From Corynebacterium glucuronolyticum (lineage in GTDB: Bacteria > Actinomycetota > Actinomycetes > Mycobacteriales > Mycobacteriaceae), in assembly GCA_022772305.1 (NCBI GenBank), contig JALFAQ010000006.1, positions 5,478 through 69,477 of the forward strand: a stretch of 64,000 nt of DNA. The letters run 5' to 3'. This document shows positions 9,958 through 19,103 of the stretch, piece by piece (within the stretch, counting starts at the first letter, position 1; every line of letters starts with the position of its first letter). The notes beneath the pieces are model-generated. The model ran no database searches. It worked only from the letters and a program-made list of their open reading frames with translations, and was not told where the DNA came from. The translations under genes and the position numbers were made by a program.

Positions 9958-10629
9958 TTATTTAATCGCATCCACAAACCACGAGGTAATCGAGGTCGGA
10001 TGCGTGATGGCGGTGCCCACCACGATGGTGTCGGCACCCGCCTCGAGGGCCGCCTTTGCATCGGCACCCGAGTGGATGCGGCCCTCACAGATGAGGGGGA
10101 CATCGGGGTACGTCTCATGCATCTCACGGAGGAGCTCCAGATCGGGGCCCTCCGACTTTTCGCGCGCCTCGGTGTAACCGGCCAGCGTGGTAGAAATCAC
10201 ATCAACGCCGGCCTCTACGGCCTGCTTCGCGGATTCCATGCAGTCACAGTCGGCCATGATGAGCACGTTGGGGCGCGCCTCACGGAGCTTGTCGACGGTC
10301 TCGGTGAAGGTAAGCCCGTCAGGTCGCGGTCGGGTCGTCGCATCGAGGGCAACAACATCGGCACCGGCATCGGCAACGGCAATGCACAGCTCGAGGGTGG
10401 GGGTGATGTAGACACCCTCCTTCCCCTCTTTCACCAAACCGATGATCGGGACATCGACGACCTTGCGGGCCTCCTTGATATCCTCCAGGCCCTGCAGGCG
10501 CACGCCGGAGGCACCACCTTCCACCACGGCTTGGGCGACCTGCGCCATAGTATCCGGGTGTCGCATGGGCTCCCCGGGGTAGGCCTGGCACGAAACGACC
10601 AGCTTGTCTTTCAAATCACTGAACTTCAT
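9958..10629 (-). CDS. nanE: N-acetylmannosamine-6-phosphate 2-epimerase
   Basis: NanE family (VVSCQAYPGEPM, GASGVRL, TIVVGTAITHP); start ATG 10629 overlaps the nanK stop by 14 nt. Confidence 0.8.
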   Translation of the reverse strand: MKFSDLKDKLVVSCQAYPGEPMRHPDTMAQVAQAVVEGGASGVRLQGLEDIKEARKVVDVPIIGLVKEGKEGVYITPTLELCIAVADAGADVVALDATTRPRPDGLTFTETVDKLREARPNVLIMADCDCMESAKQAVEAGVDVISTTLAGYTEAREKSEGPDLELLREMHETYPDVPLICEGRIHSGADAKAALEAGADTIVVGTAITHPTSITSWFVDAIK

Positions 10630-11506
10630 AGTTCTTCCTTTCGGTAACCCACGCGGCAGCACCGACGAGCGCCGCGTTATTTAGTGCGCCCTTGACCACA
10701 GGCGTGTCTTTGAGCAGCTCCATGCAGGACTCATCGAATCCCCTGTGGAACGCGTCCTCCCACACCGGCCCCGCCTTCATGACGGACCCCGCGGTGACGA
10801 CGAGCCCCGGGTCGAAGACGTTGACGAGCCCGCCGATGAGGCGCCCGAACGCCAGACCGGCCTGTGTGAGGACATCCTTGGCCACCGGATCGTCGGAAAG
10901 CGAAATCTCCGCTCCGGTTAGGTGCGTCCCGGTGAGCTCCTGGTAGGCGCGCTCGATCCCGTAGCCGCTGGCGATAGCCTCGGAGTGGCCCGTGAGTCCG
11001 CACGTGCACGGGATGCCCTCGGCGCCGTGGGAATCGACGTGGCCGACGTGGCCGGCGGCGAAGTGCGCGCCGAGGAGGAGCTTGCCGTTCAGGATGACCC
11101 CTCCTCCGATGCCTGTGCCGGGGGCGACGAGCAGCATAGAATCATGCCCCTGGCCGACACCGTAGAGAAACTCGCCAAGCGCATGCGACTGGACGTCGTT
11201 GAGCACAGAAACCTCCACCCCGAGGCGAGCCGTAAGCCCGCCTGCGACATCGGTTCCCTTCCAATCCGTCAGCTGGCTAGTGGCGAACTGAATCGTACCG
11301 GTGAACGGATTGACGAGCCCCGCTGAGGAAACGCCGATCGGCCCCTCGCCGAGCTGGGATGCCAGGCCCGCTGCGGCATCGAGGATTTTCTCTGGGCCTT
11401 CCTTTGCTGGAGTGGGGGCGGTGAGGATGTTGTCGGCGACGCCGTCAACCACGCGGGCGGCGGCGATCTTCGTGCCGCCGATGTCCAACCCAATTACTGT
11501 TGCCAT
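10616..11506 (-). CDS. nanK: ROK-family N-acetylmannosamine kinase
   Basis: ROK signatures (GLDIGGTK, zinc motif CTCGLTGHSE); start ATG 11506 (MATVIGLDIGG). Confidence 0.75.
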   Translation of the reverse strand: MATVIGLDIGGTKIAAARVVDGVADNILTAPTPAKEGPEKILDAAAGLASQLGEGPIGVSSAGLVNPFTGTIQFATSQLTDWKGTDVAGGLTARLGVEVSVLNDVQSHALGEFLYGVGQGHDSMLLVAPGTGIGGGVILNGKLLLGAHFAAGHVGHVDSHGAEGIPCTCGLTGHSEAIASGYGIERAYQELTGTHLTGAEISLSDDPVAKDVLTQAGLAFGRLIGGLVNVFDPGLVVTAGSVMKAGPVWEDAFHRGFDESCMELLKDTPVVKGALNNAALVGAAAWVTERKNYEVQ

Positions 11507-11534
11507 TTTGTTCCTTTTACTTGTAAAAATAGCT

Positions 11535-11552
11535 AACATCAGACATCATAAG
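11535..11552. promoter_or_regulatory. candidate NanR operator (AACATCAGACATCATAAG)
   Basis: Reverse complement ATGATGTCTGATGT shares the ATGATGTC(A/T)GA core with site 8991-9005; lies in the divergent nanK/nagB intergenic region. Confidence 0.35.
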
Positions 11553-11582
11553 AGTATCAGATTCCTATCACAAGGACGGATC

Positions 11583-12368
11583 ATGGAAGTCATAATTGTT
11601 TCAAACCCAGACCAGATCGGCAGCGTCGCCGCCGACCACGTTGAAAGTCTGATCTCCGCAAAGTCCAACGCCGTGCTCGGCGTCGCCACCGGCTCCAGCC
11701 CGCTCGGCCTCTACGCCGAGCTGGGACGCCGCGTCTCCGCCGGAAAGCTCTCCTTGAAGGATGCCTCGGCCTTCATGCTCGACGAATACGTCGGTCTGCC
11801 CGCCGACCACCCCGAGCGCTACCGCACCTTCATCGAGCGACACTTTGTCGAGGCCACGGATATCCTCTCCGCTAACGTCCACGGACCCGATGGTGCCGCA
11901 GAGGATATGGAGAAGGCCTGCGCAGCCTACGAGCAGGCGATTAAGGACGCAGGTGGCGTTGACCTGCAGATCCTTGGTGTGGGTACTGACGGCCACATCG
12001 CCTTCAACGAGCCCGGCTCCTCCCTCGCCTCCCGCACGCGCCTCAAGTCCCTCATGGAGCAGACCAGGCACGACAACGCCCGCTTCTTCGACGACGATAT
12101 CGACCAGGTCCCCCACCACTGCGTGACGCAGGGCGTGGGGACCATCCTCGATGCCCGCCACCTTGTACTCCTGGCAAGCGGCAAGGGCAAGGCCGAGGCC
12201 ATCAAGGGTGTTGTGGAAGGCCCCGTCACCTCCTCGTGCACCGGCTCCGCGCTGCAAATGCACCCCAAGGCAACCGTCATCATCGACGAGGATGCCGCCT
12301 CCCTTCTCGACCACGCCGACTACTACCGGTTCGCCTACGCTAACAAGCCGGACTGGCAACGCGTGTAA
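11583..12368 (+). CDS. nagB: glucosamine-6-phosphate deaminase
   Basis: MEVIIVSNPDQIG start, GTDGHIAFNEPGSS active-site motif; the longer track ORF (11301..) is an upstream read-through. Confidence 0.85.
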   Translation: MEVIIVSNPDQIGSVAADHVESLISAKSNAVLGVATGSSPLGLYAELGRRVSAGKLSLKDASAFMLDEYVGLPADHPERYRTFIERHFVEATDILSANVHGPDGAAEDMEKACAAYEQAIKDAGGVDLQILGVGTDGHIAFNEPGSSLASRTRLKSLMEQTRHDNARFFDDDIDQVPHHCVTQGVGTILDARHLVLLASGKGKAEAIKGVVEGPVTSSCTGSALQMHPKATVIIDEDAASLLDHADYYRFAYANKPDWQRV

Positions 12369-12379
12369 ATGGCTCGTAC

Positions 12380-12458
12380 TAAAACTCGGACTTCGTTGCG
12401 GTAGCAAACCTGACCACCTCGGTCAATACGTAGGCGTATCTAAACGAAGTCCGAGTTT
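12380..12458. repeat. 17-bp perfect inverted repeat with 45-nt spacer (AAAACTCGGACTTCGTT ... AACGAAGTCCGAGTTTT)
   Basis: Read directly; between convergent nagB and nagA; flanked by an A-run and a T-run. Confidence 0.7.
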
Positions 12459-12493
12459 TTCGTATCGGTGGCATGGCGCCCGCAACACAGTGG

Positions 12494-12520
12494 AGCGCCG
12501 TCCTGCCAGGCAGGACGGCG
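12494..12520. terminator. GC-rich hairpin terminator between nagB and nagA
   Basis: GCGCCGTCCTGCC A GGCAGGACGGCGC near-perfect palindrome, 11 nt after the nagA stop. Confidence 0.55.
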
Positions 12521-12531
12521 CCGGGAGTGAA

Positions 12532-13656
12532 CTAGAAACTGGTGTGGATGTCCGTGGGTAGATAGGTCTCCGGGTCAAGAAGGAGGAAGTCGGCGGGGTA
12601 GCCCTCGGCTAGGCGGCCGTAAGAATCCTCGAGGTTGATGGCAGCAGCCGGGTGGGAGGTGGCGGCCGCGACCGCGACATCCAGGGGGACGCCGACGGCG
12701 GTGATGGCGCGGGCGACGGCGCGGTCCATGGTGAGGGTGGAGCCGGCGATGTTGCCGCCGTCGACAAGCCGGGCAACGTGGTCCTTGACCGCGACATCGA
12801 GCTCACCGAGGAGGTAGTGGCCGTCGGGAGAATTGGTGGCGGCCATGGCGTCGGTGACGAGCACCATGCGCTCGGAGGCCTCCTCGAAGAGGCTGCGGAC
12901 GACCGCGGGGTGGACGTGGACACCGTCGTTGATGACCTCGATCCAGATGCGGGGATCGCGCAGCGCGGCGATGACAGGACCCGGCGCGCGGTGGTGGATG
13001 GACGGCATCGCGTTGAAAGCATGGGTGAGGATGCGGGCACCGCAGTCGAACGCCTCACGGGCGGTGTCGTAGTCGCACTCGGTGTGGCCAACGGCAGGGA
13101 CCGCACCGTGCTCCGCAAAGGTAGAGACGGCTTCCAGGCCGTGGGCGCGCTCGGGGGCGATAGTGATTTGGCGGATGAAGCCGTCGGCGGCGTCGAGAAT
13201 CGTGTTGACGACGGCGGGCTCCGGGTCGATGAGCAAGTTAATGTCGTGGGCACCCTTGCGGGACTCGGCAAGGAACGGGCCCTCCGGGTGGACACCGAGG
13301 AGCCACGGGTCATCGATGGCGCGCGCGCCCTTGATAAGCTCGACGAGCCGCGGGACCGAGGCTGTGACGAAACTCATAACGCCGCGGGTAGTTCCGTGAG
13401 AAAGATGGCCCTGTTTCACCGTCGCAAACTCGGAAGAGCCGACATCATATGAGGTGGCGTTTGCGCCGTGGCAGTGAATATCAATGTAGCCGGGGGTGAT
13501 GATGGAATTTTTGCATTCGACAACGTCTGCCCTGGTAGGAGGTGTATCGACGATCCCTACGACAGTGGCATCATCCACGACGAGGTAGGCATCGGTATGG
13601 AGGCCGCCGATCGTTCCATCAGCGATCGTGGCGGCATGATATGCGGTGGTTGTCAT
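12532..13656 (-). CDS. nagA: N-acetylglucosamine-6-phosphate deacetylase
   Basis: Amidohydrolase motifs IDIHCHG, GHTECDYD, THAFNAMP; start ATG 13656 (MTTTAYHAATI). The 489-aa track ORF is an N-terminal over-extension. Confidence 0.8.
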   Translation of the reverse strand: MTTTAYHAATIADGTIGGLHTDAYLVVDDATVVGIVDTPPTRADVVECKNSIITPGYIDIHCHGANATSYDVGSSEFATVKQGHLSHGTTRGVMSFVTASVPRLVELIKGARAIDDPWLLGVHPEGPFLAESRKGAHDINLLIDPEPAVVNTILDAADGFIRQITIAPERAHGLEAVSTFAEHGAVPAVGHTECDYDTAREAFDCGARILTHAFNAMPSIHHRAPGPVIAALRDPRIWIEVINDGVHVHPAVVRSLFEEASERMVLVTDAMAATNSPDGHYLLGELDVAVKDHVARLVDGGNIAGSTLTMDRAVARAITAVGVPLDVAVAAATSHPAAAINLEDSYGRLAEGYPADFLLLDPETYLPTDIHTSF

Positions 13657-13696
13657 ACAACTAAGCCTACCCCGGCAGGACGGTAAGCTGGAACCC

Positions 13697-14497
13697 ATGA
13701 CAACGCACACATCACTGCCCTCCCCTAGCCCCACTACCCGTGCCCTCGTCACCGGCGCCAGCCAAGGCATCGGTCGCGCGATCGCCCGCGAGCTTGCCGC
13801 ACGTGGCCACAACCTCATCCTTGTTGCGCGCAGAAAAGAGGTCTTGGAGGAGCTAGCAGGCGAGCTCCCCACCGAGTGCGAGGTGCGCGCGGTCGACCTC
13901 GCCGACAATGAGCAGCGCGCAGAGCTCATCAGCGAGATCCGCGAGCGCGAGATCAACATCATTATTAACTCTGCAGGTATCGCCTCCTTCGGCCAGTTCA
14001 TGGACCAGGACTGGGGCTACGAGACGAAGCAGTTTGAGCTCAACGCCACCGCCGTGTTTGAGCTCACGCGTGCGGTCCTTCCGGGGATGCTCGTCCGCGG
14101 GGAGGGCGCGATCCTCAACGTGGGGTCGGCGGCCGGCAACATGCCGATCCCCAACAACGCCACCTACGTATTCACCAAGGCTGGCGTGAACACATTTACC
14201 GAATCCCTCCACTACGAGCTCAAGGGTACGGGCGTCGCCTGCACCCTGCTGGCCCCGGGTCCGGTTCGCGAGGCCGTGGTGCCGGAAGAGGAGCAGTCCA
14301 TCGTGGACAAGGTCGTCCCCGATTTCTTGTGGACCACGTACGAATCCTGCGCCACCGAATCCCTCGACGCGCTAGCCAAGAACAAGCGACGCGTGGTGCC
14401 CGGCCCGCTGAGCAAAGCCATGAACGCCATCAGCCTCGTCGCGCCGAGAGGAGTCCTGTCCCCCGTCATGGGCTGGTTCTACTCAAAGATGGCCTAA
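13697..14497 (+). CDS. SDR-family short-chain dehydrogenase/reductase
   Basis: [12 protein letters not shown] cofactor motif, NSAG, and YVFTK (YxxxK) catalytic motif; start ATG 13697. Confidence 0.75.
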   Translation: MTTHTSLPSPSPTTRALVTGASQGIGRAIARELAARGHNLILVARRKEVLEELAGELPTECEVRAVDLADNEQRAELISEIREREINIIINSAGIASFGQFMDQDWGYETKQFELNATAVFELTRAVLPGMLVRGEGAILNVGSAAGNMPIPNNATYVFTKAGVNTFTESLHYELKGTGVACTLLAPGPVREAVVPEEEQSIVDKVVPDFLWTTYESCATESLDALAKNKRRVVPGPLSKAMNAISLVAPRGVLSPVMGWFYSKMA

Positions 14498-14510
14498 GGT
14501 TAAAGGCGAT

Positions 14511-15122
14511 ATGAGTAACAAGGACAATCGCATCGTATGGATCGACCTGGAGATGACGGGGCTCGACCCCAAGCGCCACGTCATCGTCGAGGCCGCGGTA
14601 CACATCACAGACAATGACCTCACCATCATCGGCGACGGACTAGATCTCGTCATCCACGCCACCGAGGAAGAGCTGGGAGAAATGGACGAGGTGGTGACCA
14701 AGATGCACACCTCCAACGGGCTCATTGACGAGATCAGAAAGTCCCCGCTGAGTTGTGCGGAGGCGGAGAAGCAGATCCTCGCATACGTCGACAAGCACTG
14801 TGACAGCCGCCCGCCGCTGGCCGGCAACTCCATCGCCACCGACCGCAGCTTCATCCGCGAATACATGCCCGCGCTCGATGAGCGCCTGCACTACCGCATG
14901 ATCGACGTGTCCTCCCTCAAGGTGCTGGCCCGCAAGTGGATGCCCACCATCTACTCGCATCAGCCGGACAAGGGGCTCGCCCACCGGGCGCTCACCGACA
15001 TCGTCGAGTCCATCAAGGAGCTGGACTACTACCGGCGCTGCTTCCTGCGCAGCGAGCCCGGCGACACCGAGGCCGCAGCCTGGGAGACCACCGAGCGCTA
15101 CGCCGATTACCTGGCGTTTTGA
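14511..15122 (+). CDS. orn: oligoribonuclease
   Basis: DEDDh exonuclease motifs ([27 protein letters not shown]). Confidence 0.85.
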   Translation: MSNKDNRIVWIDLEMTGLDPKRHVIVEAAVHITDNDLTIIGDGLDLVIHATEEELGEMDEVVTKMHTSNGLIDEIRKSPLSCAEAEKQILAYVDKHCDSRPPLAGNSIATDRSFIREYMPALDERLHYRMIDVSSLKVLARKWMPTIYSHQPDKGLAHRALTDIVESIKELDYYRRCFLRSEPGDTEAAAWETTERYADYLAF

Positions 15123-15175
15123 TGTTCTAGAGGGGTGTGAGGTATTATATCCCTCGCTGCCATAAAGGCGGTAAT

Positions 15176-15249
15176 GGTGGATGTAGTTCAGATGGTAGAG
15201 CACCAGGTTGTGATCCTGGGTGTCGCGGGTTCGAGCCCCGTCATCCACC
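15176..15249 (+). tRNA. tRNA-His (GTG) with encoded G-1
   Basis: Cloverleaf read by eye: acceptor GTGGATG/CATCCAC plus extra 5' G pairing with discriminator C; anticodon loop TTGTGAT; T-arm GGGTTCGAGCCCC; CCA not encoded. Confidence 0.85.
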
Positions 15250-15266
15250 CCGAAGGGTAAAAAGAG

Positions 15267-15296
15267 TCCCCCGGCCACGCGCCGGGGGATTTTTTC
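15267..15296. terminator. bidirectional rho-independent terminator
   Basis: TCCCCCGGC cacgc GCCGGGGGA followed by TTTTTT; A-run on the other side serves the convergent minus-strand gene. Confidence 0.7.
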
Positions 15297-15297
15297 G

Positions 15298-15909
15298 TTA
15301 CCGGGGAAGAATCTGGATATTCAGCTGCTGTTCGGCGAACTCGATGGCGGCCTTCACCAAGAAGAACAGGGTTCCCAGCGCGCCGGCGACACCGAGGAGG
15401 GCGAGGAGCACGGTGCGGGTCTCGGATTCCTGCTTCGGGGTCGCCCCTTGCCCGTCAGCTACGGCCGCGGTGCCGCGAGAATCGGAGGCCACGCCCCACG
15501 TGGTAAGCGAGGGATCCAGGAGGTTGTGAAGCTCGGCGCTTGACGTGGTGGCGTGCCCCTTGGCCTGCTCCAGGTAAGGCAGCTGCGCAAGCGACCACGT
15601 CGTGCCGAAGGCCGTGGCGGAAGACTCGCCGCGGGCGACGAGCGTGGCCTTGCCCTCGATCGCGGTACCATCCAGTGCCTTAGAGGCCAGGCGGTTCAGC
15701 TCGGTGGACGTGCGGACGCGGGCGTAGTCCGCGCAGGATGTAAAGCCCGCGTCGCGGATCGCATCGCGCAAGAACTGGCCGTCGAAACGCGGATTCTTGT
15801 TTTCACACATCTCCATCCGGAGCTCGGTGATGGGGTTGGTCGGGGCGGCCACGGCGGGCACGGGAGCCAGGCCGACGGCGAGGGCGGTGAGGACAGCTAG
15901 TTTTCTCAT
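15298..15909 (-). CDS. hypothetical exported protein with C-terminal membrane anchor
   Basis: Signal peptide MRKLAVLTALAVGLAPVPAVAAP and C-terminal TM LLALLGVAGALGTLFFLV; no family recognised. Confidence 0.5.
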   Translation of the reverse strand: MRKLAVLTALAVGLAPVPAVAAPTNPITELRMEMCENKNPRFDGQFLRDAIRDAGFTSCADYARVRTSTELNRLASKALDGTAIEGKATLVARGESSATAFGTTWSLAQLPYLEQAKGHATTSSAELHNLLDPSLTTWGVASDSRGTAAVADGQGATPKQESETRTVLLALLGVAGALGTLFFLVKAAIEFAEQQLNIQILPR

Positions 15910-15963
15910 ACCTATTGAATCCGACCAACGCGCAAAAATGTAACATCCCCCTGGCTATGGTCT

Positions 15964-16626
15964 ATGGTTTATGTCATGATTTCCGTTGACCCCCAATACG
16001 TGTATGTAAGGACCCCCGACGTCAGTGTCGCCGGGATCAACGACTGCACAGAGGGGTTCGACCCACGCGACATGGAGGAGCTGCAGATCCCCACGGTGGA
16101 GGAGGTTTTCTTCCTGGATCTGGGAATCTCCCGCCGGTTCGCCCCGCACGAGGTGACGTGCATGTACGCCTCCGGCCGCTACGGCACGATCGCCGATTTC
16201 CCTCGCATGCAGCGCGAGGCGTTGGCCCGCTACGAGGATCGACGGACGAACTTCGCCCACTTCCAGGGCACGGATCCGGTATGGAACGTCATGATTCCCG
16301 CGGGCTGGTACAACCAGACGGCGTACGCGCTGCCGGAAAGCTCCACGGCCGTCAACCCCGAGGATGTGATCTTCACGCTTGCCACCCCGCACGAGTTCCG
16401 GGTGGAGTTCCGCAGCCTCGCCGAGGTGCTGCAGGAGGGCACCGGTGGGCTCGAGCTACGGGAGTTTTCCCTCTCCCCCGACGACGCGGATGCGGCCAGC
16501 TTTGAGTCGTTTCGCCGAGACCGGTACGCAGGCATCATTTTTTACACATCGGGCGACGAGTCGAGCCTGTGGGAGCCGATCGTCGGCGAGCCAGTAGACC
16601 ATGTGATACTGGGGGTTGATAGGTAG
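15964..16626 (+). CDS. hypothetical cytoplasmic protein (220 aa)
   Basis: Long ORF with good coding appearance, acidic, no TM, no recognisable motif. Confidence 0.45.
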   Translation: MVYVMISVDPQYVYVRTPDVSVAGINDCTEGFDPRDMEELQIPTVEEVFFLDLGISRRFAPHEVTCMYASGRYGTIADFPRMQREALARYEDRRTNFAHFQGTDPVWNVMIPAGWYNQTAYALPESSTAVNPEDVIFTLATPHEFRVEFRSLAEVLQEGTGGLELREFSLSPDDADAASFESFRRDRYAGIIFYTSGDESSLWEPIVGEPVDHVILGVDR

Positions 16627-16636
16627 GCTAGGTGGC

Positions 16637-17626
16637 ATGAAGTATTCGCTCATTGACTTTGCCACTATCTACCCAGGCGAGCGCCCCCGCGCCGCGTTCG
16701 AGCGGTCCGTGCGCTTCGCCCAGCACGCCGAGAAGCTGGGCTTCGACCGAATCTGGTACGCCGAGCACCACAACATGTCTACCATTGCGTCGTCACAGCC
16801 GGCGGTGCTCATTGCGTACGTGGGTTCCCACACGTCGTCGATTAGCCTCGGTGCCGGCGGTGTCATGCTCCCCAACCATGCCCCGCTCCTTGTCGCCGAA
16901 CAGTTCGGAACGCTCGCCGAGATGTTCCCCGGCAGGATTGAGCTAGGACTCGGGCGCGCGCCCGGCACCGACCAGCAGACCCTGCGCGCCATCAGGCGCA
17001 TCCCCGGCACCGCCGATCGCTTCCCCCAGGACGTGGAGGAGCTGCGCGGATACTTTGCCGACGAACCCCTCCTCGCCGGTGTGCACGCCATGCCCGGCGC
17101 CGGCACCAACGTGCCGATCATCATCCTCGGGTCCTCCCTCTTCGGGGCAACGCTTGCCGCGCAGTTGGGACTCCCCTACGCCTTCGCCAGCCACTTCGCC
17201 CCCACCCACCTCGAGGAAGCCGTGGAGACCTACCGGCGTACCTACCAGCCCAGTGGGCAGCACCCCGAGCCCTACGTCATCGCCGCCGTGAACGTCACCG
17301 CTGCACAGACGACGGAAGAGGCGCAGGAGAAGCTCCAGGAAGTCTACCGGCGCCGCGTTCACGCGATGGTGGCGCGCGGCCGGGACCTCACCACCAAGCA
17401 GCTGGATCAGCTCGTGGACAGCTTCGCCGGCCACCAGGTCACCCAGATGCTGCGGTACAACGCCGTGGGCAACCCAGAGGAAATATCAACCTACCTGGAC
17501 GAGTTCGCAAAACACGCCCGCGCCGACGAGCTCATGCTCTCGATTCAGGACGACGACGAATCCTCGCTGCTCGAGTCCTTGGATATCGTCGCCCAGTCGA
17601 AGTTCCAGTCACCCAACCCGTCATAG
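16637..17626 (+). CDS. LLM-class (luciferase-like) flavin-dependent oxidoreductase
   Basis: YhbW-like sequence (FDRIWYAEHHNM, GGVMLPNHAPL, RIELGLGRAPGTD); start ATG 16637. Confidence 0.75.
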   Translation: MKYSLIDFATIYPGERPRAAFERSVRFAQHAEKLGFDRIWYAEHHNMSTIASSQPAVLIAYVGSHTSSISLGAGGVMLPNHAPLLVAEQFGTLAEMFPGRIELGLGRAPGTDQQTLRAIRRIPGTADRFPQDVEELRGYFADEPLLAGVHAMPGAGTNVPIIILGSSLFGATLAAQLGLPYAFASHFAPTHLEEAVETYRRTYQPSGQHPEPYVIAAVNVTAAQTTEEAQEKLQEVYRRRVHAMVARGRDLTTKQLDQLVDSFAGHQVTQMLRYNAVGNPEEISTYLDEFAKHARADELMLSIQDDDESSLLESLDIVAQSKFQSPNPS

Positions 17627-18756
17627 GGGCTGAGCGTATCTCCCGTGGTGTTTTCCACCACGACGAGATCGCCACGCTTCACGAACTCCTGGAACCACTT
17701 GGCGTTTTCCGTCGACACATTGATGCAGCCGTGGGAGGTGTTGGTGTTCCCCTGAGCCCACACTGACCACGGCGCCGCGTGGACGTAAATGCCGGAGTAG
17801 CTCATCTGCGTGGCGTAATTGACCTTCGTGCGGTAGCCGCCACTTTCGTGGGACAGTCCGAAGGTCTCCGAATCCATAATCATCGAGGGGTTTTTATCAC
17901 CGATGATGTACGTTCCGGGCGGCGTGGACCAGCGTCCGCCGTCGCGCCCCATGGACACGGGCATCGTCTTCACCGTCTCGCCGTTTTTCTTCACGGTCAT
18001 GATCTTCGTGTTGTTATCCACGTACGCGATGACCTCGTCGCCGATGGTGAACTCTGCCTCCGTGTTGTCACCGCCCCACGTCGACTGCCCGAGGCGGTGG
18101 CCGAACGGCTTGGCCTCCACGCGCACCTTCGTGCCGGGCTGCCAGTGGTCCTTCGGCCGCCAGCGCAGTTCCGACTGGTTCACCCAGTAGAACGCACCCT
18201 CCGTCGGCGGGTCCGCCGTCACCTTCACGGTGCTCTCCGCAGCCTTCTTGTACGCATCCGGAATCGTAATGTCGAAGCGGATGTTGACCGTCTGGCCAAC
18301 GCCCACCTCACTGTCGTCGGGGGAAACGTACGCCTCCGCACGGTAGGTGGGGGTTACGGTGGTAAACGTCGACTCCACCGTCTGTCCCCCAGAATCCCGC
18401 GCGGTCAGGGTGTAGGTTCTCCCATACCCTAACGGTTCTGTCACCCTCCAGGAGCTTGTCGACGTTTCGGAGCTAAGCTTTCCGCCCCCTCCCAGGTCAG
18501 CTACGACCTCGTCTGCGTCATTGATGAGCTTTGCCGACACCAACTCAGCACCGAACGTGTGCACCTCGATGTCCTGACTCGGCGATACTGTCGACCCGTC
18601 CCCCACGGTGAACGCGGGCGGGATCTGCGGAACCGTTTTAGCGACAACATCCTTGCCTTGCTTGCCTTGGTCATCGTCGGTAGGAATAGTACACGCACTT
18701 GCACTCAAAACCCCAGCGCAAGCCACTAGCACCGCCACATACCGCGTAAACTTCAC
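17545..18756 (-). CDS. L,D-transpeptidase lipoprotein (YkuD domain)
   Basis: Lipobox LSASAC; catalytic motif SHGCINV near the C-terminus; GTG start preceded by GAAGGAG. Confidence 0.8.
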   Translation of the reverse strand: MKFTRYVAVLVACAGVLSASACTIPTDDDQGKQGKDVVAKTVPQIPPAFTVGDGSTVSPSQDIEVHTFGAELVSAKLINDADEVVADLGGGGKLSSETSTSSWRVTEPLGYGRTYTLTARDSGGQTVESTFTTVTPTYRAEAYVSPDDSEVGVGQTVNIRFDITIPDAYKKAAESTVKVTADPPTEGAFYWVNQSELRWRPKDHWQPGTKVRVEAKPFGHRLGQSTWGGDNTEAEFTIGDEVIAYVDNNTKIMTVKKNGETVKTMPVSMGRDGGRWSTPPGTYIIGDKNPSMIMDSETFGLSHESGGYRTKVNYATQMSYSGIYVHAAPWSVWAQGNTNTSHGCINVSTENAKWFQEFVKRGDLVVVENTTGDTLSPYDGLGDWNFDWATISKDSSSEDSSSS

Positions 18757-18841
18757 TGATACTCCTTCGAATGTTGCCTTGACCAGACGATTTTACATTA
18801 CTCGGGGGGATGATTATATTTAAATCTCGTCGCAAGGCAAT

Positions 18842-18914
18842 GCGCCATTAGCTCAACTGGCAGAGCAACTGACTCTTAATCAGTGGGTTCGGGGTTCGAG
18901 TCCCTGATGGCGCA
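18842..18914 (+). tRNA. tRNA-Lys (CTT), copy 1
   Basis: Acceptor GCGCCAT/ATGGCGC, anticodon loop CTCTTAA, T-arm GGGGTTCGAGTCCC. Confidence 0.85.
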
Positions 18915-18951
18915 CAAAGCGAAATCACTATTTCGCCTCCAATGAAATATT

Positions 18952-19024
18952 GCGCCATTAGCTCAACTGGCAGAGCAACTGACTCTTAATCAGTGGGTTC
19001 GGGGTTCGAGTCCCTGATGGCGCA
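18952..19024 (+). tRNA. tRNA-Lys (CTT), copy 2 (identical)
   Basis: Exact repeat of copy 1 after a 37-nt spacer. Confidence 0.85.
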
Positions 19025-19032
19025 CAGCAACA

Positions 19033-19060
19033 AAGACCCGGCCGTTTGGCTGGGTCTTTT
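19033..19060. terminator. rho-independent terminator after the tRNA-Lys pair
   Basis: AGACCCGGCC gttt GGCTGGGTCT (one G-U pair) followed by TTTT. Confidence 0.6.
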
Positions 19061-19103
19061 GCTATGCACGGAAAAAGGCTCCCCAGCAGGGGAGCCCGTG
19101 GCT

